Shown here: in pieces, positions 8,305 through 20,580 of the stretch
Position numbering within the stretch: the stretch's first letter is position 1
Layout of the letters: the number at the start of each line of letters is the position of its first letter
Source: an uncultured Bacilli bacterium
Lineage (GTDB): Bacteria; Bacillota_I; Bacilli_A; RFN20; CAG-826
Length of the DNA: 33,700 nt
Reading direction: 5' to 3'
Assembly: GCA_944349405.1 (NCBI GenBank)
Contig: CALVMY010000062.1
Span: 1 to 33,700, forward strand
Notes under the pieces: model-generated
The model's input: only the letters and a program-made list of their open reading frames with translations
What the model was told of the DNA's origin: nothing
The model's database searches: none
Translations under genes and position numbers: made by a program

Positions 8305-9246
8305 TTATTTTATTTTCTTAAACTTATAAATAATTAATCTTTTTAATAGATAAATTAAACTAGAGATTAAAGGAACAATATTTAAAAATAAAAATTGATA
8401 AATTGGTTCAATATCTTTTAAATAAGCAATTGTAAATATTGAAATTAAGATTAAAACTGAAGAAATAATTAATAAAAGATAGCTTTTTTCAAATTTTATC
8501 TCTTTATAAATTAAAAATATCAGAATAATAAATGAAATAAACAAGAAAAGGTAAGAGAAATTTAAAAAGAAAAAAGAGGAAAGAATAAGTAATAAACTTA
8601 TAAAAATATTAATTAAAGAAAAAAATAATGAATTATTTTGAGATTCGTAAAAGACGACCTCGTTATTAAATCTTTTTATTTCATATGTTAAAAAGAAAAA
8701 AGAGATTAATATAGACACAAATGAATAAACAAAAATAATTAAATAAATAAAATATTGGACATATTCATTATTTTCTAAATTAAAGAGTGTTAAAAAAGTT
8801 TTAACTATATCAAAATTAAATAGATATAAGCCAAGATAAATTAATGCTATTTCAATAAATAAATTTAAAAATGATATAAATAAAATAAGAATGTATTTAT
8901 CTATTTTAATTACTTTTTTGTTATTTATTTCGTTTTTATTTATTAAGCCAAGAGAAAATACAAACGAAATAAGTAAAGAAGGTAGGAAATAATAAATAAT
9001 AAAGGAGATATCACCAATCGAAACTAAAAAACCTAAGATAGTTACGACAAATACATATAAAAGGTAATATCTTTTTTTGATAAATGTTGCTAATAGCGTT
9101 GAAGGGAAAACGATAATTAAAGCAATAAAAAATATTGTAATAGGAAGATATGTACCTAATGCTATTAAAACTAAATTGATTGATGTAATTAAAGCGATTA
9201 AAGGTATAGATGATTTCAAATCTTTTTTAAATTCAAGTAATTTCAT
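8305..9246 (-). CDS. Polytopic membrane protein (DUF2232/YybS-like)
   Basis: 313 aa with many TM helices; N-terminal pattern reminiscent of YybS (inference). Confidence 0.65.
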   Translation of the reverse strand: MKLLEFKKDLKSSIPLIALITSINLVLIALGTYLPITIFFIALIIVFPSTLLATFIKKRYYLLYVFVVTILGFLVSIGDISFIIYYFLPSLLISFVFSLGLINKNEINNKKVIKIDKYILILFISFLNLFIEIALIYLGLYLFNFDIVKTFLTLFNLENNEYVQYFIYLIIFVYSFVSILISFFFLTYEIKRFNNEVVFYESQNNSLFFSLINIFISLLLILSSFFFLNFSYLFLFISFIILIFLIYKEIKFEKSYLLLIISSVLILISIFTIAYLKDIEPIYQFLFLNIVPLISSLIYLLKRLIIYKFKKIK

Positions 9247-9370
9247 TATAACTATTTTATTATAAGAAAATATATTCTTCGAGATTATTCGCTTATTTTG
9301 ACTTTTTACTTATATCAGTCACTTATTTTAATATATTAATATATTAAAATTTGTTAAAATTTATAACGTT

Positions 9371-11590
9371 ATGAATTTTGATTTAGACTTAAACGAAAAA
9401 CAATATGAAGCTGTCACATCTTCATATAAATATAACCGAATTATTGCAGGAGCAGGGAGTGGTAAAACTAGAGTTTTAACTTTTCGTCTTGCTTATTTAA
9501 TTAAAGAAAAAAATGTTGATCCGTATAATCTTTTAGCGATTACTTTTACTAATAAAGTTGCTAAAGAAATTAAAGAAAGAACTATTATCTTACTTCCTTC
9601 TTTTGATTTAAAAGATTTAAAAATTTCTACTTTTCACTCTTTTTGCAATTATTTTTTAAGAAGAGAAATAAAAGTTTTAGGTTTACCTCGTTCTTTTTCA
9701 ATTTTAGATGAAGAAGATAAGATGAATTTAATTAAGGATATCGGGGTGGATAAAGGATATCGTAAAGGGGATGACGTTATTGAAAAGGCAGCCGATTATA
9801 TTTCTTTTAATAAAATGGAAGGGAATTTGCCTGGAGATATAAACGCTGAGAAATTAGCTTCAAAATACAAGATTAGTTATGAATTTTTTGAAGAATATGA
9901 AAAAAGAAAAAATGCTCAATTTAGTTTAGATTTTGATGATTTATTAATTTATACAGTTTTAATTTTAGAAAAATTTCCTGAAATTAGGGAATCTTATAAT
10001 AAACGATTCTTTGAAATTTTAGTTGATGAATTTCAAGACACCAATAATTTGCAATTTAAACTTTTAACTCTTTTAGCTGGGAAAAAAGCTGGAATTTATG
10101 TAGTTGGAGATCCTGATCAAACTATTTATACTTGGAGAGGAGCCAATCAAAGAGTTATTTTAGATGTCGGAGAATATTTTAAGCCTTTAAATACTATTAT
10201 CCTTAATGAAAATTATCGTTCAACCGAAGAAATTTTAAATCATGCAAATAAATTAATTGATAACAATTTAGAAAGAATTAAAAAAGATTTATTTACTTCA
10301 AAAAAAGGCGGAGAAAAAATTACCGTTTATGAATCAAACGATGCTACTGAAGAGGCAAAATATGTTATTAAAAAAATAACTGAACTTAATTTAATTAAAA
10401 AAGTTAGTTATAAAAATATTGCTCTTTTATATCGTAGTGCTTTTTCTTCAAGAGAATTTGAAAGACAACTGGTTTATGCTCATATTCCTTATCGTATCTA
10501 TAGCGGTGTTAAATTTTATGAAAGAAGAGAAGTTAAAGACTGTTTAGCCTATTTTAAATTATTAATTAACCCACTCGATGATATTTCCTTTGCAAGAATA
10601 ATCAACGTTCCACGTAGAGGAATTGGAGATGCAAGTTTCGCAATGATTAAAAAAGAGGCCAAAGACAGAGACTTATCTTTATATAATTATTGTTTAAAAA
10701 TCGATGAATATATGTGCCCAATTTCTTCAAGAATGATTTCAAAAATTAAAGAAATGATTATTCTTTTAGAGGATACTAAAAATAAAGTTGTTGATAAAAA
10801 TCTTTCTTATTCAGAAGTTTTAAATGATTTAATAGCAAATCTTCATTATTATGAATACTTAGAAGAAAATTTTGATGACGACGATGAAAGAATTGAAAAT
10901 GTTCACTCCTTAATTGAAGATGTTAGAACATTTTTAAAGGACAATCCTGATTCTACGTTTGATGAATATTTACAAAATATTGCTCTAATTACTCAACAAG
11001 ACACCATTAATGATAGCGAAGACGCTGTTTCTTTAATGACGGTTCATACCGCTAAAGGATTAGAATTCGATTATGTTTTCATAGTTAATTTTAGTGATGG
11101 AATTTTCCCTAATGGAAGAAGCATAAGTGAAAGTGGTTTTAATGGCTTAGAGGAAGAAAGAAGATTAGCTTATGTCGCGATAACGCGAGCTAAAAAAGAA
11201 TTATTTATAACTTATAATAGTGGTTTTTCTTATGTTAGTAATGGAAGAGGAACGCCTTCAAGATTTTTAAAAGAAGCTGATTTAAGTATTAGAAAAATTA
11301 TTTCTGAGTCACCATCACAAGCTGCCCCGGGTCAAAGAATTTATAAAATAAATATTGCTGGAAGTGGAGTTTCAAATGTCCGTGAGTCAAGAGTTGGAAG
11401 AAATGAAAGCGCCGTTTCTTATGATGTAAGCAATAATATAATTTGGCATGTTGGAGATATCGCAATCCACGATGCTTTTGGCGAAGGAAAAGTTTTAAAG
11501 ATTGAAGGTGATATTTTGACCGTTGATTTTAAAAACTTTGGAATTAAAAAGATGCTTGGAACTCATAAAAAGATGAAAAAGAAGGAGTAG
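9371..11590 (+). CDS. pcrA: ATP-dependent DNA helicase PcrA (UvrD/Rep family)
   Basis: AGAGSGKT, ITFTNK, VDEFQDTN, VGDPDQTIYTWRGA, ENYRST, TVHTAKGLEF, EEERRLAYVAITRA, C-terminal Tudor-like domain (HDAFGEG); directly upstream of ligA. Confidence 0.96.
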   Translation: MNFDLDLNEKQYEAVTSSYKYNRIIAGAGSGKTRVLTFRLAYLIKEKNVDPYNLLAITFTNKVAKEIKERTIILLPSFDLKDLKISTFHSFCNYFLRREIKVLGLPRSFSILDEEDKMNLIKDIGVDKGYRKGDDVIEKAADYISFNKMEGNLPGDINAEKLASKYKISYEFFEEYEKRKNAQFSLDFDDLLIYTVLILEKFPEIRESYNKRFFEILVDEFQDTNNLQFKLLTLLAGKKAGIYVVGDPDQTIYTWRGANQRVILDVGEYFKPLNTIILNENYRSTEEILNHANKLIDNNLERIKKDLFTSKKGGEKITVYESNDATEEAKYVIKKITELNLIKKVSYKNIALLYRSAFSSREFERQLVYAHIPYRIYSGVKFYERREVKDCLAYFKLLINPLDDISFARIINVPRRGIGDASFAMIKKEAKDRDLSLYNYCLKIDEYMCPISSRMISKIKEMIILLEDTKNKVVDKNLSYSEVLNDLIANLHYYEYLEENFDDDDERIENVHSLIEDVRTFLKDNPDSTFDEYLQNIALITQQDTINDSEDAVSLMTVHTAKGLEFDYVFIVNFSDGIFPNGRSISESGFNGLEEERRLAYVAITRAKKELFITYNSGFSYVSNGRGTPSRFLKEADLSIRKIISESPSQAAPGQRIYKINIAGSGVSNVRESRVGRNESAVSYDVSNNIIWHVGDIAIHDAFGEGKVLKIEGDILTVDFKNFGIKKMLGTHKKMKKKE

Positions 11591-13606
<2,016 letters not shown>

Positions 13607-13608
13607 GG

Positions 13609-13914
13609 ATGAAAGAAGTAAATAAAGATATCTTAAAAGATGCTGCTTCAAGATTATTATTCGATATGAAAGATGAAGAATATGACACTCTTTTAAACGA
13701 ATTTGGGATTATTACAAAACAATTAAAGTTGATGGACGAGATTAAGGGATTAAACGATGTTGAACCAATGTCTTTTCCATATGTTGATGAATCTTTTTCT
13801 CTTTTAAGAGAAGACGAACCAGTTAAAGAAGACGAAGTAGACAAAGAAGAAATGCTTCAAAATGCAAAAGTTTATCGTGATGGGCAAGTTAAACTTCCAA
13901 AGGTGGTTAATTAA
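13609..13914 (+). CDS. gatC: Asp/Glu-tRNA amidotransferase subunit C
   Basis: About 100 aa with LREDE and C-terminal PKVV, immediately upstream of gatA and gatB. Confidence 0.88.
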   Translation: MKEVNKDILKDAASRLLFDMKDEEYDTLLNEFGIITKQLKLMDEIKGLNDVEPMSFPYVDESFSLLREDEPVKEDEVDKEEMLQNAKVYRDGQVKLPKVVN

Positions 13915-13916
13915 TT

Positions 13917-15389
13917 ATGAATTATTTAGATTTGACTATTAAAGAAATGCATGAAGCTTTAGTAAATAAAAAAATTAAAGTTTCAGATTTAGTTAAAAAA
14001 GCAATTGAAAGATGTAAAAATGATAAATTCAACGCATTAGAAGCTACTAATTATGAGGCTGCTTTAAATGAGGCTTATGAATTAGATAAAGAAGAAGTCC
14101 CATGTGATAATTTTTTATTTGGAATTCCTTATATTGCAAAAGATAATTTTTCAACAAGAGGTATCGAATCAACTGGCGGAAGTAATATTTTAAATGGTTA
14201 TATTCCATCTTTTGATGCTACTGTAATTAAAATTTTAAAAGAAAACAAAGCTATTATGATTGCTAAATCCACTTTGGATGAGCTTGCTATGGGCGGAAGT
14301 GGAAAAAGTGGTCATAAAGGAATTCAATTTAATCCTTATGATGAAACTAAAAACCATCTTATCGGTGGTTCTTCTAGTGGAAGCGCGGTAGCTACAGCCG
14401 CTTCCTATGTTCCTTTCTCTTTAGGAAGTGATACTGGCGACTCAATTAGAAAACCTGCATCTTATGCAGGACTTGTTGGTTTTAAACCTACTTATGGATT
14501 AATTTCCAGATTCGGTTTATTCCCTTTCTCAGTTTCTTTAGATCATGTTGGATATTTTACTCGTAGCGTCGACGATGCTGCTATTTTATTTGATTATTTA
14601 AATAAATACGATAAAAGAGATTATACTTCTTCATTAAAAGGAAGAAATAAAGTTTATCCATTAAAAGAAGAAAAACATCATAAAATTGCTGTTTTAAAAG
14701 AAGTAATAGATTCAATTAAAGATGAAATGATTCTTTCTTCTTTTAATAATTTAATTGAAAAGTTAAAAAATGAAGGGAACGAAGTTGAATATGTTTCGAT
14801 TGATCCTTCAATTTTAAAAGCTCTTTATCCAGCATATATTATTATTTCAAGTGCAGAAGCAACTTCAAATAATGCAAATTTAGACGGAATTAAATTTGGT
14901 AATCGTAAAGAAGGAAATTCTTATCAAGAAGTGATGTTTAATACTCGTAACGAAGGATTTAGCGAACTTATTAAAAGAAGATTTGTTTTAGGAAGCTATG
15001 CTTTAATGAGTGAAAATCAAGAAGAAGTTTATTTGAAAGCTAAAAAAGTTAGAAGAGTTGTTGTTGATAAAGTTAATGAAATATTTAATTCCTACGATTG
15101 CTTTATTGCTCCAGCTTCTCCAACAGTTGCCCACTCTTTAAATGAAGTTAGTGATGATTTAGACGATACTTATTTAATTGCTGATAACTATTTGGGTATT
15201 GGTAATTTTGGAGGTTTCCCTTCAATAACAATTCCTTTAGGAGTTAAAGAAAATTTACCATTCGGTTTATCTATTACTGGTAAAATTTTTGATGACTCAA
15301 AAGTATTTGAAATCGCTAAAGAATGTGAAAATTTAACTAATTTAAAGAATTTATCCACCGTTACTTTAAAAGAAAAGGAGGCTAAATAA
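13917..15389 (+). CDS. gatA: Asp/Glu-tRNA amidotransferase subunit A
   Basis: Amidase signature: AKDNF, LDELAMG, GGSSSGSA, GSDTGDSIRKPAS, KPTYG. Confidence 0.95.
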   Translation: MNYLDLTIKEMHEALVNKKIKVSDLVKKAIERCKNDKFNALEATNYEAALNEAYELDKEEVPCDNFLFGIPYIAKDNFSTRGIESTGGSNILNGYIPSFDATVIKILKENKAIMIAKSTLDELAMGGSGKSGHKGIQFNPYDETKNHLIGGSSSGSAVATAASYVPFSLGSDTGDSIRKPASYAGLVGFKPTYGLISRFGLFPFSVSLDHVGYFTRSVDDAAILFDYLNKYDKRDYTSSLKGRNKVYPLKEEKHHKIAVLKEVIDSIKDEMILSSFNNLIEKLKNEGNEVEYVSIDPSILKALYPAYIIISSAEATSNNANLDGIKFGNRKEGNSYQEVMFNTRNEGFSELIKRRFVLGSYALMSENQEEVYLKAKKVRRVVVDKVNEIFNSYDCFIAPASPTVAHSLNEVSDDLDDTYLIADNYLGIGNFGGFPSITIPLGVKENLPFGLSITGKIFDDSKVFEIAKECENLTNLKNLSTVTLKEKEAK

Positions 15390-15390
15390 T

Positions 15391-16815
15391 ATGAATTTCG
15401 AGGCAGTTATCGGATTAGAAATCCACGTTGAAATGAAAACTAAATCAAAAATGTTTTCAAATGCTCCTATCCATTTTAAAAGCGAACCAAATACAAACAT
15501 CACCTATTTAGATTTAGCTTATCCAGGCTCACTTCCAAGATTAAATAAGCAAGGCGTTATTAATGCCATAAGAGTTTGTAATGCTCTTCATATGGAAATT
15601 GATCATACCTTATACTTTGATAGAAAAAATTATTTTTATTCAGATTTACCAAAAGGCTATCAGATTACTCAACAAAATAGACCTATTGGCAAAAAAGGCT
15701 ATTTAGAAATAGAAGTTGATGGTAAAAAGAAAAAAATTGGTATTGAAAGACTTCATATGGAAGAAGACACTGCTATGCAACACCATTTTAGCGACTATAC
15801 TTTATTAGATTATAATCGTGCCGGAATTCCTCTTGTTGAAATTGTTTCTTATCCAGAAATTAGAAATGGTGAAGAAGCAAGAAAATATGTCGAAAAAATT
15901 AAAGAAATCGTTACTTATCTTGATGTAAGCGATGGAAAAATGGAAAATGGCTCGTTAAGATGCGACGTTAACATTTCAATAAGACCTTTTGGTAGTGAAG
16001 AGTTTGGCACAAAAGTTGAAGTTAAAAACTTAAATTCAACTGCTAATATTGAAACTGCTATCGATTATGAAATGATGAGACAGGCTTCTTTATTAATTAA
16101 GGGTGAAAAAATCCAACAAGAAACAAGAAGATTTGATGAAGCTAAAAAAGAAACTGTTTTAATGAGAGTTAAAACTGATGCGGTTGATTATAAATATTTT
16201 AGCGAAGGAAATATTCCTCCAGTTCATTTAAGTAATGAATTTATTGAAAACGCAATTAAAACTTCTAATGAATTATATGATGAAAAATTAATTAGATTTG
16301 AAAATGATTATAAGTTAAATCTTGTCGACACAAAAATCTTACTTTCAAGTAAAGAATTATCACTTTATTATGATGAGGCAGCAAAGAACACTAATCTTTA
16401 TCAACCCTTAGCAAACTATATTATTTCGGAAGTTTTAGGCTATTTAAATAAAAATAATCTTCAAATAACTGAATTTAATGTTAAACCTAAAGATATTGCT
16501 GATTTAGTTATTCTTTTAAATGAAAAGAAGATCAATTCAAAACAAGGCAAAGATATTTTCGCTAAAATGATTGAAACCAATAAATCCCCATTAGTTTTAA
16601 AAGAAGAAATGGGCTTAACTATCATTAGTGATGAAAATAAAATTAGAGATGATATTAAAGAAATTATTGCTGCAAATCCAACTCTTCCTAGTGATTTTAA
16701 AAATGGTAAAACTAGAGCTCAAGGATTCGTTATGGGCTTATTAATGAAGAAAAACAAAGGAAAAGTTGACCCAATTCTTGCTAATAAATTAATTGTTGAA
16801 GAATTAAATAAATAA
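15391..16815 (+). CDS. gatB: Asp/Glu-tRNA amidotransferase subunit B
   Basis: IGLEIHVE, FDRKNYFYSDLPKGYQITQ, HMEED, NRAGIPLVEIV, LRCDVNIS, EVKNLNS. Confidence 0.97.
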   Translation: MNFEAVIGLEIHVEMKTKSKMFSNAPIHFKSEPNTNITYLDLAYPGSLPRLNKQGVINAIRVCNALHMEIDHTLYFDRKNYFYSDLPKGYQITQQNRPIGKKGYLEIEVDGKKKKIGIERLHMEEDTAMQHHFSDYTLLDYNRAGIPLVEIVSYPEIRNGEEARKYVEKIKEIVTYLDVSDGKMENGSLRCDVNISIRPFGSEEFGTKVEVKNLNSTANIETAIDYEMMRQASLLIKGEKIQQETRRFDEAKKETVLMRVKTDAVDYKYFSEGNIPPVHLSNEFIENAIKTSNELYDEKLIRFENDYKLNLVDTKILLSSKELSLYYDEAAKNTNLYQPLANYIISEVLGYLNKNNLQITEFNVKPKDIADLVILLNEKKINSKQGKDIFAKMIETNKSPLVLKEEMGLTIISDENKIRDDIKEIIAANPTLPSDFKNGKTRAQGFVMGLLMKKNKGKVDPILANKLIVEELNK

Positions 16816-16828
16816 GGAGAAATATATT

Positions 16829-18178
16829 ATGAAAAATGTAAATGTTAATGAAGAGAGACTTTCGTGTGAACTTTTTTCTGAACTTGAAAAATCTTATAAG
16901 GAAGACAAGAAAAACGATGTTATCAGACACGCTTTAATTAAAAATCCTATTGTTGATGTAGTTTATGATAATAAAAATGAAATCGATACTACATTTATTT
17001 TTTCTAACGAAGTTAAAACATTACCTGTTTGTAACCAAAAGGCAAGTGGAAGATGTTGGATTTTTGCTGGATTAAATGTTTTAAGAGAAATTATTGCTAA
17101 AAAACTTAATTTAAGAAATTTCGAATTATCGCAAAATTATATTGCTTTATGCGATAAATTAGAAAAAGCAAACTATGCTTTAACTTCAATCATTGATTTA
17201 ATTGAGAATGAACCAAACGAAAGAGTATTGATGCATATTCTAACTAATGGAGTTGGAGATGGCGGACAATGGGATATGTTCAGAAATCTTGTTATTAAAT
17301 ATGGTATTTTACCTAAAAATAACTTTAATGAAACATATCAATCTTCTAATACAATGGAAAGCAACCACCTTTTAAATACTTATATTAGAAAATTTGCTTC
17401 CGAAGCTAAAAAACTCGCTAATGAAAATAGGAAAAATGAAATTCATACCTTAAAAAAAGAATATTTAAAAAATATTTATAATTTATTAACTAATTCTTTT
17501 GGTCTTCCTGTAGAAAAATTTGATTTTGAATATTACGATAAAGACGATAAATATCATTTAGAAAAAGATTTAACCCCAAAATCATTCTTTGAAAAATATA
17601 TCGGGAATGAAATTGATGAATATGTTTCAATTATCAATTCTCCAACTAAAGATAAACCATTTAATAAAGTTTATACAATTGCTTATTTAAATAATGTTGT
17701 TGAAGGTAAATTAATTAAGCACTTAAATCTTCCAATGGAAAGAATTAAAGAACTTGTTGAAAAACAAATTGATGATAATAATATTGTCTGGTTTGGAAGT
17801 GATGTTTCTTTTTATAGAGATAGAAAAACAGGGCTTTGGGACGATTTAAGTTTTGATTATGTTTCAGCTTTTAATATTGACTATAAATTTAATAAAGAAG
17901 ATATGTTAGATTTCCATGCTTCAGTTATGAATCATGCAATGTGCTTAACTGGCTATAATAAAAAGGATGGAAAAACTAATCGTTATAAGGTAGAAAATTC
18001 TTGGGGAGAAGATGTTGGGAATAAAGGATATTTTATAATGTCTTCTTCTTGGTTTGATTCTTTTGTTTATCAAGCTGTTATCTTAAAAAAATATTTAAAT
18101 GAAGAAGAAATAGATGCCTATAACAAAGAACCTGTTGTTTTAGATCCATGGGATCCAATGGGCACTTTAGCTGATTAA
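16829..18178 (+). CDS. pepC: Aminopeptidase C / bleomycin hydrolase (C1B cysteine peptidase)
   Basis: QKASGRCWIF (catalytic Cys), DGGQWDM, MNHAM (His), VENSWG (Asn), C-terminal WDPMGTLA. Confidence 0.95.
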   Translation: MKNVNVNEERLSCELFSELEKSYKEDKKNDVIRHALIKNPIVDVVYDNKNEIDTTFIFSNEVKTLPVCNQKASGRCWIFAGLNVLREIIAKKLNLRNFELSQNYIALCDKLEKANYALTSIIDLIENEPNERVLMHILTNGVGDGGQWDMFRNLVIKYGILPKNNFNETYQSSNTMESNHLLNTYIRKFASEAKKLANENRKNEIHTLKKEYLKNIYNLLTNSFGLPVEKFDFEYYDKDDKYHLEKDLTPKSFFEKYIGNEIDEYVSIINSPTKDKPFNKVYTIAYLNNVVEGKLIKHLNLPMERIKELVEKQIDDNNIVWFGSDVSFYRDRKTGLWDDLSFDYVSAFNIDYKFNKEDMLDFHASVMNHAMCLTGYNKKDGKTNRYKVENSWGEDVGNKGYFIMSSSWFDSFVYQAVILKKYLNEEEIDAYNKEPVVLDPWDPMGTLAD

Positions 18179-18194
18179 TTATAAAATAGATGGC

Positions 18195-18223
18195 TTGACA
18201 ATAATCATTTTTAGAAATATACT
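18195..18223 (+). promoter_or_regulatory. Near-consensus sigma-A promoter TTGACA-17-TATACT
   Basis: TTGACA at 18195-18200, TATACT at 18218-18223. Confidence 0.8.
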
Positions 18224-18308
18224 TTAGGACCTTAAGCAAATTAGATAATGTTTATAACCCAAATACATGTCAATTTGACTTAAGTAAACAAAAAGGAGAT
18301 TGATAAGA

Positions 18309-18449
18309 ATGATTAAAAAACTCATTAATTTGATGAGTGGCAAACGTCATTCTTATAAAGACACGAATTCATACAGAAATGAAAATGGGTTGGAAAACTT
18401 TATAAATGACTATGTCGCTTATCTAGATTTAAAAGATTTAGATCTTTAA
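18309..18449 (+). CDS. 46-aa small protein MIKKLINLMSGKRHSYKDTNSYRNENGLENFINDYVAYLDLKDLDL (not in ORF track)
   Basis: SD AAGGAG at 18293-18298, ATG 18309, TAA 18447-18449, with its own promoter and terminator. Confidence 0.7.
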   Translation: MIKKLINLMSGKRHSYKDTNSYRNENGLENFINDYVAYLDLKDLDL

Positions 18450-18454
18450 AAAGT

Positions 18455-18500
18455 AGGCTTATTAATAAGATTTGCTCTGTTAATAAGCCTTTTTCTTTTT
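18455..18500 (+). terminator. Intrinsic terminator after the small ORF
   Basis: AGGCTTATTAA...TTAATAAGCCT 11-bp stem followed by TTTTCTTTTT. Confidence 0.8.
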
Positions 18501-18566
18501 AATAAAAAATAAGAAATTTAAAAAAAATCGTAAATTTTTCAAACTCGTAACATTCTTGTATTATGT

Positions 18567-20579
18567 ATGGTCGAAGTAAAAAATTTAACGAAAGAATTTA
18601 TTGTAAATAAAAAGAAAAACATTGTTATTAACAACCTTTCTTTTTTTCTCCCTTCAAAAGGGATGTATTTTATAGTTGGTGAGTCTGGAAGTGGCAAATC
18701 TACTCTTTTAAATTTAATCGAAGGATTAATTTTGCCAACTAAAGGTTCAATAAAAATTAATAATCATCGAATAGATAAATTAAAAAATGATGAAAAAGTT
18801 GAATTTTATAAAAAAGAAGTTGGAATTTTATTTCAATCTTTCAATCTTTTTAATGATTTGACTGTTTTAGAAAATTTAAAAATTACATCTTTAATTAAAG
18901 AGGAAAACGACGAAGAAAATATTAAACGATATTTATCAAAATTTAAGATATATGAAAAAGTAAACCAAAAAGTTTATACATTAAGCGGTGGAGAAAAACA
19001 AAGATTAGCTTTAATTCGAGCTTTAATAAATAAACCTAAAATTATTTTAGCAGATGAACCAACTGGAGCTTTAGATAATGCATCAAGCATAATTTTAATG
19101 GGTGAATTAAAAAAAATAAGCGAAAATTCATTAATTTTAATTGTTACTCATAATTTAGAATTAGTTAAAAAATATGCTGATGGTTATTTAAAATTTCTTC
19201 CAAAAGGTTATGAATTGAATAATATTTTAAAAGAAAATCCTTCGAATAATGTGAATATTATTAAAAAGAATAAATTATTAATTAAAGATAAAATAAATTT
19301 TTATTTTCCTCTTTTAAAAAGAAATTTAATTAAAAATTTTAATAAAAATTTATTTACATCTTTATCAATAATTTTTTCATTATTTATCTCTTTATTCTCT
19401 TTTTCTTTTTATTTTAATATTAAAAACTATTCATCTTCTTTAATTTATACTTATCCCAATTATAATGTTTTTGAAGTTTATAAATCTTTTTCTTCTTCGA
19501 TAAATGGTTCATCTTTATCTATCGAAAGAAAAGAAAAAGTTGGAGATAAGGAAATTAAAGAAGGCTTAAATAATAATAATTTTGAAAATTTTGATGTTTT
19601 TGATAGTTTTGATTATTTTTTTAAAAATAATATAGTAACTATCGATAATATTGAATATAAAAATCTTATTTTCGAACCATCTTTTGAATTAATTAATAAT
19701 GATGTAATGGTTAATGATTCTTTTATTGATGCTTATTTAAAAGAATTTAAAGAAGGCATGACGATTCATTTTAATTCTTCTAATGTTTATAAAGGGTATT
19801 CTGATTATATTAATGATGAAATTGAGGAAACTTTTATAATTGATTTAGATTTTATAATTACTAAAAAAAGCGAAGAATTTAGCTTTTTAGGAACTCCAAA
19901 AATATATTATTCTTATGATTATTTTGAAACAATCTTAGCCAATTTGAATGCTTTAAATTTTTCAACTTTAGAAGAGATGGATATTTCATATTTAAATTTA
20001 TTAAAAAGAGCTAAAAATAATGATTCATTAACTTCTTATCAATCTTTAGTTGTTGTTGAAAAAGAAAAATTTAATGATTTTTATGGATTAATTGAAGAAA
20101 ATAGGATTTTTAAAAATTTAAAATTTAATAGTGACTCTTTAACGATTATCGATTCTTTCAATAACATAATTAACACTTTATTTATTGCTTTAATCTTTTT
20201 TATCGTAATGATTTCTTTAACGTCCTTTTTTATCATATTTTCTTTAACTTTTTATTCATATTTATCGAGTAAAAAAGAAAGAGCGATTTTAACCCTTTTA
20301 GGATCAAATAAGAAAAGTATTAATTTTTTATTCATTTTTGAAGAAGTTTTAGTTTTTGTTTTATCTTTTTTAATTTCAATATGTTTATATAACTTAGTTA
20401 AACCTTCAATAATAAATTTATTAAATTCTATTTTAAGTTTTAATTTAAATATCGATTTATCAATAATTTTAGTTTCGGTTATTTTCTTAATTTATTTACT
20501 AATAACTATTTTTTCTTCATTTATACCATTAAAAATGTCTAAAGATATTGAAATAGCTAAAGAATTAAAGGAGGAATAG
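18567..20579 (+). CDS. ABC transporter, fused ATPase + FtsX/MacB-type permease
   Basis: GESGSGKST, LSGGEKQR, LADEPTGALD, VTH, then one TM, a large extracytoplasmic region and three C-terminal TMs. Confidence 0.85.
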   Translation: MVEVKNLTKEFIVNKKKNIVINNLSFFLPSKGMYFIVGESGSGKSTLLNLIEGLILPTKGSIKINNHRIDKLKNDEKVEFYKKEVGILFQSFNLFNDLTVLENLKITSLIKEENDEENIKRYLSKFKIYEKVNQKVYTLSGGEKQRLALIRALINKPKIILADEPTGALDNASSIILMGELKKISENSLILIVTHNLELVKKYADGYLKFLPKGYELNNILKENPSNNVNIIKKNKLLIKDKINFYFPLLKRNLIKNFNKNLFTSLSIIFSLFISLFSFSFYFNIKNYSSSLIYTYPNYNVFEVYKSFSSSINGSSLSIERKEKVGDKEIKEGLNNNNFENFDVFDSFDYFFKNNIVTIDNIEYKNLIFEPSFELINNDVMVNDSFIDAYLKEFKEGMTIHFNSSNVYKGYSDYINDEIEETFIIDLDFIITKKSEEFSFLGTPKIYYSYDYFETILANLNALNFSTLEEMDISYLNLLKRAKNNDSLTSYQSLVVVEKEKFNDFYGLIEENRIFKNLKFNSDSLTIIDSFNNIINTLFIALIFFIVMISLTSFFIIFSLTFYSYLSSKKERAILTLLGSNKKSINFLFIFEEVLVFVLSFLISICLYNLVKPSIINLLNSILSFNLNIDLSIILVSVIFLIYLLITIFSSFIPLKMSKDIEIAKELKEE

Positions 20580-20580
20580 G

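Noticed and set aside
9077-9265. 62-aa + strand ORF
   Set aside because: Antisense shadow of the 313-aa membrane protein; no SD or recognisable motif.
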